Shown here: positions 26,177 to 39,917 of the stretch, piece by piece | Position numbering within the stretch: position 1 is the stretch's first letter | Layout: every line of letters starts with the position of its first letter | DNA from: Amoebidium appalachense | Lineage: Eukaryota > Protista > Ichthyosporea | Reading direction: 5' to 3' | Length of the DNA: 64,000 nt | Assembly (NCBI GenBank): GCA_963693365.1 | Contig: CAVNZM010000005.1 | Span: 3,244,202-3,308,201 of the forward strand | The notes under the pieces: model-generated | The model's input: the letters and a program-made list of their open reading frames with translations, nothing else | Database searches by the model: none | What the model was told of the DNA's origin: nothing | Program-made: the position numbers and the translations under genes

Positions 26177-27102
26177 TTTTTGTTTGCTCCTCGGATCGAT
26201 ATCTTGTGTTGGCCGGCACGCCAGCCAACTTGTGTCTACTTACCTGCCCCAATGGTTGGTGAACACTTTGCTGTTCCTGTTTTCGCGTCTGCCATAATCT
26301 TCCACCTTTTTGTTTTGGGTCGTTGGTATTTGCCTTTTACTGAGCACGGAACAATCTCACCAACTCGCTCCCTCAATCTTAATTGCAATTCTTAATTTGG
26401 CAGTTACACCATTGACGCTGCAACATGTCTCATCATTTAATGTGCGTACTATCAATATTCTGACTTGCACCGCCCACAGGTTTCGATGCCGCCAAGTACA
26501 AGACAGAGCTCGAAGACTACTTTAAGAGCAAAAAGTTCGACTTCGGCAACAACACAAACATCACCACAGACATCTTCAAAGCAGTTGGGGATTTCATCAA
26601 CGAAACCATCACCCAGATCAACGAAACTGTTTCTCTCTGGGAGGGTGTGCACGTGAACTCCAAGATGAAGGCGATCATGACTTTCGTTAATGGAACAAAC
26701 AGCGCTCATCAGGCCGTCCGCATTATCGGTCTTGAGAAACCCCCCACAGTCGGTGCTGACGGCACAGTTTCATGGACGTGGGCTGTTGAGGCTCTTCTGA
26801 ACGAATCTCTCACGGCCGGTTCAGTTGAAAACCCTTCGATTGTTGTCACTGAGGCATTTTGCACACGCGATGGTCATTGCTGCCAGTTTGCTGCCTGCCC
26901 ACGCTATGAGGGCAACACTTCCCCCATGGATACCGATGGGGGGCTTTCGTTTGGCTCCGGCTCCGGGCCCACTTTTGAGACCATGTCGGGCTCTGGCCCT
27001 GCCCCCACCAGGCCAGCTGTTATTTCGGACCCTGCTGATGCTTTCCTTGGGCCCACGGCCACGCATAGTGGTGCGGTTGCCCCCATGCCTACGATGACAT
27101 AA
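25259..27102 (+). CDS. Secreted N-glycoprotein of unknown function, 2 exons, 482 aa
   Basis: Exons 25259-26084 and 26480-27102; phase-1 intron G|GTGAGT...CTGAC...CACAG|. Signal peptide MKQFFTVVAAATAVSA-AP; more than a dozen N-x-S/T sequons; Cys cluster CTRDGHCCQFAAC near the C-terminus. Confidence 0.85.
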
Positions 27103-27718
27103 AGGGGTGGGAGTGACGTAGCCGCTGGCTAGGGGCAGTCTCTTTCTAACGGTGCAATTACTATATAAAGTTGTTGTTTTGGATGTGGTTTGCCCTAGCA
27201 GATTCACTATAGGTTCCTCGCTACTAAAGCTGGTGATTTGTTGGCCGAATATATTGACGTACAATAGGACTAACTTGACACATATATAGAATTATAGGAT
27301 GTATATTGTGATTTGTGCAGATAGGCGGGGTATACGGAAGGCTGCTGGGCAGCGGATAGATTAACCAATTACTTACTGGCAATATCACGTGACTGGTGCT
27401 GGCACCATTTTAAGGAAATATCGGTAATAATCTTGCTGCCATACGTATTTGGAATATGGGCCACATCATATGGCACCTCTTAGACAGTATAAATAAATCA
27501 AGCTGACAGACTGACTGTCTGAGACTGACCCGTGAATATGAGATGTGCCATATGATCACACGAGGTGATCCATCTATGCACACAGGTGGCCTTGTCTTTT
27601 CTTTGTTTCAGTTTTATCCATATTCGGCACCACTTGAGTGGCCACTGCCAATATCGTCAAGATTCGTTATGATAAAAGAAAAAGAGGAGAGAGACCGGGG
27701 GCGGCACTCCGGGGGCGG

Positions 27719-27764
<46 letters not shown>

Positions 27765-28874
27765 GCAAAAGTGCGAGCGGGGGGGAGGGAGGGGGGAGGA
27801 GGACGAAAAGTGAGAGAGAGAGAGAGAGAGAGACGGAGAGAAAGAAAGGAGAACTACGATGAATGTACCATAGCACATCTGTAGAGCACGAGAGAACAGT
27901 GCAGATCAACCGGATATCGATCAATAAGGTTATCTCGTCTCCCTAGATATCTGAAATTTATGCTTGGGAGATCCCCATCAGGCTCCCGGGGCCACAAGTC
28001 TCCACCGGGTCGATTGTGTTGGATGCTGCTCCACCTTGTTGGCCACACGAAGACTCTTGCTGTGGTGTGTGTACGTGTGTACGTGTGTGTGTGGTCGCAC
28101 ACGCGAACCCGTGAGTATTGTGCGTCTGCGCGTGCGCGCGGGGGTGTGCTTTCGCGGGGGTGTGCTTATGCACGGTGAGCAAGTAAGCGTGATGAAGTTT
28201 TCGTTGTTTTGCACTTTCCAAAAGAAAAGTGTGTGTGTTGTTGTTGTTGGGGGGGGGGGGGGGGGGGAGGGGGGGGGAGGGGGGGAGGGGGGGGGGGGGG
28301 GGCAGAGGGGCATCCTTTGTACGTGCCTGCCTGTCTGCCTGTCTCTGTGTGTGTCTGTGTATGTTCGCGATAACACTGAGTCTCATGTTGGCTCTGAGTT
28401 GAACTTCAAAGTGCGTGCTACATGCGGTTGTCAAACAAACAAATATCGCCAAGTGCATACTCACACATGTGTGTGTGGTCCCTGGTTATCGTCTGGCGCT
28501 TTCATGCGCAACATGGTGTGTGGCTAAAAATAGGCGGCGACTGGCTCATGAATTCAGGGTAGGCGGGACACAGACACCGAGAGCAAGGAAGGGGTGAGCC
28601 ACGGAACCAGTGAACTGTGTGTGTGTGTGTGTGTGGGCCGGGGCCCCGGGGAGGGGGGGGGGAGGGGGCGAGGGGACAAAATACGGGTGGGAATGCAAGT
28701 TACAAGCAGGAGGAGTGAGAGGAGGTGGAGGGGGGAAGGGGGGGGGGAAATAAGGAAGGCGAGGAGGTCCCAGGGGGGGGAGGGGAGGTGGAGGGAGGGA
28801 GGAAGGGGGGGGGGGGGGGGGGGGGGGGGGAGGGGGGGGGGGGGGAGAAGGGGGGGGTGGGGAGGGGGGGTCTA

Positions 28875-30408
28875 CTAGAGCAAACTGTTGACCTTCTTTC
28901 GGGGCACTTCATCAATGTGTATGTTCTTGCTTGCTGCTATTTTCCTTCTGATGTCGATCACCTCCACCCATTCACCTTGGCTGCAACACACAGAAACGGG
29001 TATTAGGGCCTTGGCAAGTGCTTGGTTGTGCAGAGTGGCAAAGAAGCGACTTATGGCAACTCGGTTAATGGATATATTTGCCATCATGTTGTGCAGTCGG
29101 TTAAAAGCATGTGTGAACTTTGGCGCTGAAAGAAAAACACAGGTATTAATGCAAAATTTGACGTGAGATGGGGAAGAGGAACACGCGGGTCACTCGGATC
29201 CCAAGTTTTCTGATTACCATTACATTTTGTCCCCCCCAGGCCCCCTTTCCCCCCCCAACCCCCTGCTCCTCCCCCCCGCCCCTCCCCCCCCCCCCCCCCC
29301 CCCCCCGCCGGGGCGACAGTTGGGGTCCCCTATTCTCTCTCCACACACACACACAAACACACAACCAGAAGGATCCCTGTGGATCCCAACTCTCCCCAGG
29401 TATTGGATGGAAGAGAAGCGGAGGAAGGAAGGACGTACGTGTGTGGTGTTATATTGACAGGGGGTTTCAAAGATGAATTTTGAATTTTAGAAAAGGCAAC
29501 CAACCTTCCGAGCACGGCCAATGCGTCAAGAATTGTCGCCGGTGTCAAGTCCTCACCTGATGATCTATGGGCTGTTACATCGCAGAAAGAAGAAAAAGTA
29601 AGTTAGCAGGGGGAGAGAAAAATGACAACGAAGGGTGGGATAGGTCGTGACGGGTGTGTAGGGGCCAAGCCACAAGGGGGCAGGATGTGATTGGGCCCAA
29701 GGGAGCAAAGACTGTGTGTGCCTGTGTGCATGGGATTTACGGGGGAAATGGTTTGGAGATAAAGGGGGGAAGGTTGTCAGAGAAAGAGCCTGAGGGTGGT
29801 TAGGGTGAGGAGAAGATGGAGAGATGGAGATGCCGGCGACTGGGGGCGGGGGGGGGGGGGGGGGGGGGGGAGGGGGCGGAGGGAGGGAGGAAGGGAGAGA
29901 GAGAGGGAGGGACCTGGGGAAAGAGAGATAGAAGCGGGAGAGAGGAGGGGGGGGAAGGGGAGGGGTAGGGGAAGGGCACCAACCATCTGCACTTGTTTCC
30001 AGTCGGTCTACCCTGCGAGTTAGACTGCTGACTTGACGGCTGGCCAGACACACAACAGCAGTCAGGGAGGCATCTTGGTTGCTGTTTGGTTGCACTTGCA
30101 GTGTTTGGCATAGCTGTAGATGGCGAAGGGTTAGGAGTGGTTCACTGGTGGTGGAGGGTGTGTGTGTCTGTGTGTGTGTCTGGGGGAACAGGTGAGGGGG
30201 GGGGGGGGAGGGGATTTGTGGTAGTGTGTGTGTGTGTCTGTGTGTGATTGGGCCGGCAGGTGAGGGGGGGGGGGGTGGGGGGTAGTGGGTGTGTGTTTTT
30301 GTCTGTTTGGGGGGCCAGGTGAGGGGTGGTGGGGGGGGGGGGGGTGGTATACATATATGTGAGTGGGTGTGTCTGTGTGTGTTTGGGGGGCCAGGTGAGG
30401 GGGGGAAG

Positions 30409-30440
<32 letters not shown>

Positions 30441-30527
30441 GCGGTGGTAGTGGGCCCCCGTGGCCCCTCCTAGTCACACTTACAACTCAAGGCAACCCAT
30501 CGGTCTTTTTCTACATACACATGAACA

Positions 30528-30558
<31 letters not shown>

Positions 30559-30625
30559 GCGCACACACACACACACGCACATACACACACACACATACAC
30601 ACAAACACACACGCACACACATACA

Positions 30626-30657
<32 letters not shown>

Positions 30658-30672
30658 TGAACACAAACACAC

Positions 30673-30757
<85 letters not shown>

Positions 30758-31521
30758 TCACACATACTCACACACACACACAAACACACACACACAAACC
30801 ACACACACGCGTGCGTACGAACGTCTGTAGATCATTTGGCAACTAAGTTTACACTTGTGCTGGCTCATAGCAAGTGCATGTGGGTAAAGCATCTGTATGC
30901 TGTGTGTTGTGGGCTGCTCAAGCCAAATATTCAATTTTGTGTGTACTACACATGTGTTGGTTTATGTGGTTAGGTGTGTGGTGGGGGTAGGGAATAGAGT
31001 GGTTGGGGGAGAAAAGAGGAATAGATCAAACCCACCCCAACGAGCAAAGGAACAGTTGGCTGAGTTCTGTGCTGGGTGGTTTCACGGGGAACTGCAGCAT
31101 TACACCGGTTATTAAATAGATTCGTGACTACTGGGCCAGATACCAAAGTTATAAAATAGCCTGCAAGACTTCTTGGATAAAGATTCGAAGCCAGCAGTGA
31201 GAGCTTGCCAATATTAGGTTCCTTTTACACCTATTCCTCCCTCCCCCAACCCCATCCCCCCACCTTGAAGTTCTTCCCTCCCTCCGAATTAGCACCTCTT
31301 TTCCCCCACATAAGCACACACAAATACCTGTACACACCACAACTGAAATGGTGGTTGAGGGGGAGGGAGGGGGTGGGGGTGGGGTGGGGGGGATGGGAGG
31401 GGGAGGTGGAGGGGGGGGAATACAAATCGAACAACGAGTCACAACTCACTAGAAAGACCACATGTGTACAAGTGGGTTATGATGAGGATAGAGATGGGGG
31501 AAGGCGGCGGGAGGAGGAGGT

Positions 31522-31567
<46 letters not shown>

Positions 31568-33531
31568 GAGAGGGAGAAAGGGAGAGAGGGAGGGAAAGGG
31601 GGAGAAAGAAGGTTGGAACCCCGGATGCCACGTGAAAAGAGAGGAAAGCTAGCAGGTGGGGATCGATAAAGAAGACGGGGGGGGGGGGGGTAGCAAGGGT
31701 GGCTGGATGTGAAGAAGAAGGGGGGACGGGGGGGGGGGGGGGGGGGGGGGAGGGGCAACACTCATCTCTTCCAAAACACTTCCTTCCGATCACATCCCCT
31801 AGTCCCCTGCATTAACTGCATCTGTTTTGCCGATTCAGCAACCCCCCCCCCCCCCCCCCCCCCTCCAAGAGGGAATGAAAAAACATACACCTGTAAGACG
31901 CTCAGTACACGCCTCAAGGGGTACATGTTTGTACATGAACGGTCATGGTGGTTACTGAAGGGGGGGGGGGCGGGAGGGGGGAGGATGTGGGGGTGTGCAG
32001 GCAGACAGAAGTTTAGGGAGGGGAGAGAGGGGGAGGCGGGCGGGGGGAGGGGGGGGGGGGGGGGGGGGGGGGTGGCTTACCAGAAGGAGTTTTGTGGTAC
32101 GAGTGAGATACAGGCGTGTTGCTCTGCTGCAATGAGAACATGGGCTGGAAGGAAGAAAGGATTGGCGGTAGGTCGGTAGACTCAGTGCGTGGAGGCGGTA
32201 AGGTTGTGGGAAGAGGGGGGGATTAGCTTGCAACCAGTTTGTCTATAAGATCATTCATGCTCACATCGCCTCGCAGTGGTGATGGAAAATTGGTTTGGTT
32301 GGTGGTAATGGGCACAGATGCTGCCCTCGTGATTGGAATTCTATGTGGCTGACCAAATTCAATCTATGATGTTATACGATTGTGCTCGATTGGAGAAGTC
32401 AATGATGCTGGAATGCAAAAAGGTTTTGTAGGTGCCGGGATAAGGGGGCATGGAAGGTGGGCAGAGTGAGCTGGGGCAAGAAAATGGTGAGAGGGAGGGA
32501 GGAAAGGGAAAATGCGGTAGAAATTGTGTTTTGGCTGGCTGAGGGGGTTGTGTTGAGAGTGTGTGAATTAGTTGTAGGTGTGGTGTTTCCGTTGAAAAAT
32601 CCAATTTGAGCTCCCCTATTCAGCTGAAAACTCGAATTTTCAAGGTTGGGGCCTGCTGTTGTATGTAGTAGTGTTAGGTCTTTCGTGGTCGTTTGTGGTG
32701 TGGGTTGCAGAAAGGGAGAAAGGTAGCCCGACGAATTGAATTTGAAGATTTTCTCGGTAGTGGCGTGAGTCGGACCACCAACAAGTGTGGAGGGTTGAAA
32801 TTGATCCTCGCCCATCAGCCCGAAATTCGGAGTTCGTGGTGCACGCTGTGAAATTGTTGTTACAGACTGAGGGGTTGTTGGGGTGTTCCGTTCCGTTTTG
32901 GGTGTTTTCGTGACCGGCTGCAACCCTACACTAGAAGATGTCCGGATGAGTGTCGGGTGTAGGGTAAGCCTGTGGGTCATTTGGTGTGGGGGGTTGGGAA
33001 ATTTGCAAATTTCCATCCGGCAGTTGAACATGAAGGTCAATCAAATCCAAGGAATCTGCTGTGGATGGTGCAAATTCTGCGTCAGGGGGGTTTGATTGTG
33101 TTGAACCCCGGCGCTCACCGTGAATTGTCCTGGGGCAATGACGAAAATGCATCCCGGATCTGGCAAATTGCAGTAAACATCGACAGCGTATAACCCCCCC
33201 ATAGCTTTTTCGCGTCGTCTGCGAGCTGTGTGTGTTGATGCCCCTCCCCATCTTGGAAATAGGGGTCATATTTTCCCCCTTTATTTTTTCCACACATACC
33301 GTGTTTGCTTTAAGTGCGTGTTGCTTTAGCCCGTTTCGTCGTGTCTGATCCTCTCGGAATGTTGCAAACGGTATAGCTTTTTTCTTCCATGGATTTCCGT
33401 CTCTCAGCGACCGCTGCGGAACAAAAAGAATGGCCTCCCCCTCTGTGGTACGGTAAATTAAACTTTACAAGCATGCATCCCCCCAACCCTCCCCCCATCC
33501 CTCGCACGCCCGCCTACGGTTCATCTCTCAG

Positions 33532-33581
<50 letters not shown>

Positions 33582-33586
33582 ACCGC

Positions 33587-33622
<36 letters not shown>

Positions 33623-34620
33623 GCCAGGAAGAGAAAAGACACAAGGAGTGAATGTAAAAAAAGAATGCAAGAAAGGAGGAATGGAAAAAAAAAACGGCAG
33701 AAAAGATAAGAAACTTTTTTGAAAGGAAGAAAAGAAACGAGAACGAGTGTGGCCCTAGAACCTCATTTGTGCATTCAACCAACCTGCGGCTACCACCTGC
33801 TATCCTCACTTTAACGTTCAAACAGCACTGGCAGAATCATCTACAAATAGGGCTGGCATGCTGTAATGCAATCTTCTTCATCTTCATCTTCATCTTCTTC
33901 TTCTTCTTCTTTTTTTTTTTCTTTCTTTTTTTTTTTTGGAAGGGAGGGGGGGGGTGGGGGGTTGGGGGGAGGGGGGAGAGGATAAAGAAGAAAAGCAACA
34001 TGCCACACGTACATACTCCCGACCCCGTCCAGACACAACGTGCACATACACACTTACTTGAATAAATCAGATTCACCAATGAGCTTGGGTTGACTCCTTT
34101 CTTTCCCTCCTGCTCTTCATTGAACACAACCACGCTGACGTCATTCCCGTCTATGCTCATCAATGGTTCACTGCCCCCATCAGACCGCAATGCCCTTTTC
34201 ACTATCTCTCTGACGAGCGGGAATTGGTTTGCTTGCTCCTTCGGCCAAGATTTTAGAAACCCCATCTTTCATTTTCGGTTTAAAAATCTTCAACAAATAC
34301 ACACAGCGCCGACAAACTTGCAGGCTTCATTGACAAGTGGAGAAGAGTCCAAACCACAAGTCAGAACAAATGTTTTTTCAAGAAATTTTTGTGTAACTTC
34401 GTAAACCCAGTGATACGAGTTTATATTCACTTTCCACAATACCGTGTTCTACCCCGGCATTTGGTATGTATCAGCAGATTTTCTCAGGCTAACACTTCAC
34501 ACACGTTTTGACCTTCCGATGAACAGACAAATGTCTCACTGACACTGAAGCTGAGAAGAAATTTAACGTCTTTGATTGCAGAAGTTACATGTTACAATCA
34601 AACCGTCTTTCGTTTGATGA
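28875..34620 (-). pseudogene. Chain of decayed exon-like islands, including a degenerate SWIM-like Zn finger (possible MULE transposase or gene relic)
   Basis: High-complexity islands with minus-strand splice-like ends at ~34057-34620, 32400-33440, 29985-30115, 29505-29572 and 28875-29125. CRCLLQFARSGMHFRH at 33138-33185. Frameshifts and stops prevent a clean model. Confidence 0.3.
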
Positions 34621-34848
34621 TCTGATGCAAAAAAAGATACGAACAGACATTCTCAGCAGTGAATCCTGCACTACAGCCTTTGCCCCATCCCCCCCCCCCC
34701 CCCCCCCCCGGGGCCCCCTCCGCCCGCCTGCCCGCCCGCCCGCCCGCGCCCCAAACAACGGATTGTCATTTTTCTCCGAGTTTTCCTTCTAAATTCAGGG
34801 GTTTTTTTGCTCTTTTTCTTTTTTCTTCTCTTTTTTTTCTTTCCTTTT

Positions 34849-34881
<33 letters not shown>

Positions 34882-34911
34882 TGGGGGAGGGAGAGGGGGG
34901 TGGGGGGGTGG

Positions 34912-34956
<45 letters not shown>

Positions 34957-35040
34957 GGGGGGGGGGGGGGGGGGGGGGGGGGGGGAGGGCGCTGATGTAC
35001 GATGGTACTGTTTTGTGTTACGTAGGGCTAAGTGCTTGCA

Positions 35041-35078
<38 letters not shown>

Positions 35079-35325
35079 TCCTCCCCCCCCCCCGCCGTCC
35101 CCCCCGGCGCCCGCCCTTCACAAGCGCGTGTGCACACGCGCACAGACGCGGCAAGCACATTTGCTTACAGAAGGACAAGGACATGCACATAAGTGAGCGC
35201 AAGCACAAAAACAAGATTGTAAAACTTTTAATGAAAAATTGGAACTGGGATACCGTGGTAGGCAAGGAAAGGAAAACGGTGAGAGGCATTAGAAAAGGGG
35301 TAAGCCACGGTGCCACCGGGGATTT

Positions 35326-35357
<32 letters not shown>

Positions 35358-35680
35358 GGCAGGGTTTCTCTGGGAATTTTGCCATACAAATCCGCATGCA
35401 TGTTTGTCTCAACAAGTACTATGGATAGACTAGGAGTGTGGTTGGTGCTAGGCTCCTGGGTGCTGATACCCACGCAAACGATGGGGATATATGGAATAAG
35501 AGATTTACATAAGAACGGTAAACGGAAAGCCTTAATCTCGGGAAGTGAATCGTCGGATGAGAAGAGGAGAGGGAGGATGGCGGAGGGAGGGTGAGGCGGA
35601 GTAAGATGGGAGTTGAGGGGACCACGGAGAGGGGGGAAAGAGAGAGAGAGAAAGCGAGAGGGGGGGGGGGGGGGGGGGGG

Positions 35681-36158
<478 letters not shown>

Positions 36159-36869
36159 GAGAGAGAGAGACGAGAGACAGTATGAGAGAGAGAAGGAGAG
36201 AGAGATGCCACAGTAATTGCGTCCCGTTGTTCCAGGGGAGATCTATAATAGATAGGCTTGCGTGTGCTCGTGTGTCACGGTGTTTGGTACTGTATACACA
36301 ATAATAATACATGCATACACACGCACGCACAAAAACACGTTAGCTGTACATGTAGATTTCATTCGATCAGTGCAGCTTAATAAACCACTGTTGAATTTGC
36401 TGCAATAAGTGGTTCCTATCAATATTCATCCTTGTTACGTACGCCGATAGTGTCGGCTAGGACCGGTGTGCTCTCCCGTTCAACTTGATTACAAAGAGAG
36501 CAAAGGGAGGTATCTGAGCAGATAAAAAAAATACGCATGTACGCCTGTGTATACGTAAGGAAGGTATGTAGCGGGTAAGGAAGGAAACTTGGTCCCTCAG
36601 CCACACATAATGTTGACTTGGCGAGTAACAACAAGCGTAAAATGGAAAAAGAAAAAAAGATAGGCATATGAGCTGCGCCAGCATTTATTATGGACTGGCC
36701 ATATATAACCTTAGATTTGTTGCTAAGAAAAAGCCTGCCACATGGCGCCTCTTGCTGGCCTCTTGCTTCTTCAAGTGAGCCCTCACAAACGAAGTCGGGA
36801 CGGGATCGTCGGAGGCGTTGAAGAGCGCTGCGTTCCGCGTTCCCGCCCCCGGTGATGACGCAAACAGTG

Positions 36870-37182
36870 CAGAGATGGGAGCGGCCTAGTCTAGTCAGCC
36901 CGGACTAGCCCGAAAAGCATTCGGGTTGGGGCTGCCTAGCCCAGCCCGAAAACTCAACGGGTTGGGCTAGGGGTGTTTGGGCTGGGACCCTCCTCACCCA
37001 CTATATAGCAACCAGGAGACCAAAACCCCTCCTAAAACCCCCTCCTTATATGTCGTTTGCGCAAACAGATCTGCCATATATGGTAGGTCAGCTGGCCCAA
37101 CCCAACCCATTTCCAGCCCGAAACTTTTGCGGGTTGGGCTGACCCAGCCCAGATCGGCCCAAAACCCGCTGTACCATCTCTG
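36870..37182. mobile_element. hAT-type MITE, 313 bp
   Basis: TIRs CAGAGATGG / CCATCTCTG; perfect 8-bp TSD AAACAGTG at 36862-36869 and 37183-37190; many subterminal AGCCC/GGGTTGGGCT repeats. Confidence 0.92.
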
Positions 37183-38075
37183 AAACAGTGCTTGGACCAA
37201 GCACAGTAAAAAAATACCTTCCTTTTCAGGTATGTGCATTCTTATTGGTGCGTTCTAACTTGTTGGCTCAGCAGAGTCGGTAATGAAAATAACAAAAGAT
37301 ACAAGATACTATTCTTTTTCTCTTACGCTTCATAAAAAATGAATGCAAAAAGCTATTAAGATGTGTGATTAATACATATTTTATGAGCTATAGTATGTAT
37401 TTCTACTGATAGAAGCGAAGCTTCCGGAATGCCCTCGCATTTACACTCCTACTAGTAAAATAGTTCATTGGATGGTTATAGCCAAAAACGGATCGATCTG
37501 ATTAGAGCACGTTTTCCGAGTGGTGAGCCACTGGAAGTAAATCCATTCGCAATTTACCAGGTCGTGGCCTGAATGTATCCACAGAGGTCAAATCCCAGAC
37601 TGCACAGTTACTGTACATCCTAATGGGGCCACCGCATGCCATCCTACAACGTTGTGCACAGATTATCAACTGATTATTAGCTTTTAATAGCCTGTTAAAA
37701 AAAAGCCTCTAATATTGAAGTTTACAAACGTGCTTCAGTTGCTTCAGGCTAGCACTACTTTACAAAGCTGGCCATATTTTATCATTTATCTCGAGCTACA
37801 AATATTTATATTGTTATAATGAAAAGTTATCCAATGTTCTTTTTAGGATCGCTTTACTGAAGAGCTTTACAACGACCAGAGCACGGGCCCCGCGCGCGGA
37901 ACAGGGGAAAGGGCCAGGAAAGGCTTGCGCCTCGTTGCGGGAGAGTGAGCGTACATAAAAACTGTGTGCCCGCAAAACACCAGTCATTTTCCGTTTTATT
38001 TTCAAGCGTTTGTTTTGGTTACTAGCTCAATACTCACCCTTGCACACATATACACCTGGTGTTGCTCGCGCCAGA

Positions 38076-39917
38076 ATGGAGTGGTCAATCTTGGCGTTCA
38101 TTTTAACGCTCCTTGTAGCCTATGTGACCTATGTTGTGTACAAGGCAGAGAGAGCCACAGAACTCGCCAAAAAACTTTATGGCAAAACGGCACAGATTGT
38201 CAACGGGAATGACTATATGTGGCGTATGGATTCTCTTAACAACCTGTGCCACATAAACGCGTTTTACGTTTTGGATGGTGACTGCAACGCTGATGATGTC
38301 CGCAAGCTCTACAGGCAATCTGTCTGTTCCAACCCCAACTACGTTCGTTTTACTCAAAGGGTCGTTTCAGTGGAAGGCCTTCCTTTCTGGATCGACGATG
38401 GGGATTTTAACATTGAGAACCACATTGTGGATGTTAGTAACGGACCCAAGAACGAGGAGGAGCTGTTGAAGCACATCGCTGATATGGCCGCTATGCCCTT
38501 CCCTGTGGACCGCCCCTTGTGGAAGGTGTGGATGCCTCCCCCGCTCTCCCTCCCTCCCTCCCTCCCTCCATTTCTCCCTGCCCCCCTCCCCTCCCTTTTC
38601 CCCCTTCCCCCTCCCGTTTCCTCGTTCTAATAAACATTCTCTCTCTTGACCTCACTGGCAAGGTCAACGTTCATACACGCTCATGTGCGCCTAATCTTTC
38701 TGTGGATGTACCTGAGATCTGGTGACTGTTTTATCATAACGTTTTGCTTGGTTCTCTCCCGTTTTGTCGTTAGGAAGTGGAAGGAGTTAAACTTTTGGTA
38801 GCCAAATTCCCCTGTGTCCTTTTTTTGGGGGGAGCTCTCCCCTGTTCCTCGTTCCTCTATGCATCGGGATCTTACAACGTGCCTGATCACCTGATAGAGA
38901 TGTTAAGGTTCCTTGACGCTCATCTCCCCACTACAGATGGAAGTTATCCGGAACTTCACCCTTAACGGGCAGAAGAAAACGATTGTCACCAACCGCATTC
39001 ACCATGTCATCGGCGATGGCATTGGTCTAGTCACCATCATGTTCTCTCTTCTGGAGAAGGAAACACCGGAACAAGCAGTTGGCCCAGACGACTCTACCAC
39101 CAAAGTTATGCGCAAGGAAGCACCCAACCCATACCTGACGTATCTTCTGGTTGCACTGCAAGGCCCATGGATCGTCGCACGTGTTTTGGCATCGGCGGCC
39201 GATTACAATCCGTTTCACAAGTATGAGCTTAGCGGCAAGCGGCACGTTGCCCTTTCCCCACGCTACGACATTGCCGACGTGAAGGCTATCAAGAAGCATT
39301 ATAGGGTCACGGTGAACGATGCGCTGATGGGGATTCTTGGTGCCGCAATCAATCGCTATTTTGCACAGGAGGGTGACACCAAAACGAAGCAGATCCAGCT
39401 GTATGTTCCCGTAAACATGCGCACGTCAAGCAAACCCGCACGCCTGGAGAACAAGTTCTCGCCCGCAAACGTCCCTCTCCCCGTGTTCACACCGGACCCG
39501 GAAAAGTCGATTTTTGCGGCAAGAGAGGTTTTCGTTGGCATGAAAAAGAGCGTAAGCCCCCTGGTGATGTATTTGGTGGGCGCTCTGCTTGGTAGCATGT
39601 ATGTTCCTCGTTGGTTGGGGAGCGCAACGTTTGAGTTTACGTCGAGCAAAGCAACGGCGGTGGTTACAAACGTCCCCGGGCCACAGGAAATTATGAAGTT
39701 CGCTGGACAGCGTATGGAGAGTACTATGTTTTGGGTGCCTGCGCGTGGGTATGTTGGTGTCGGAATTTCTCTTTTGAGTTATGGCGGGGGTATGCAGGTG
39801 GGAATTACGGCGGATGAAATGTGTCTGAAAGACCCCGCACGGTTGGCAAAATGTTTTGATGAGGTTTTTGCGGAGGTGAAAGAGAAAGTGTGTGAAAAAG
39901 AGGCTAAGGCTGCGTAG
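38076..39917 (+). CDS. Wax ester synthase/diacylglycerol acyltransferase (WS/DGAT family), 2 exons, 476 aa
   Basis: Exons 38076-38525 and 38937-39917; phase-0 intron AAG|GTGTGG...CTACAG|ATG. Motifs: W.DD..FNIENHI, DRPLW, catalytic HHVIGDG (HHxxxDG), VTVNDALM, VPVNMR, ENKFS, VVTNVPGP, GVGISLLSYGG.MQVGITAD. Hydrophobic N-terminal segment. Confidence 0.95.
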
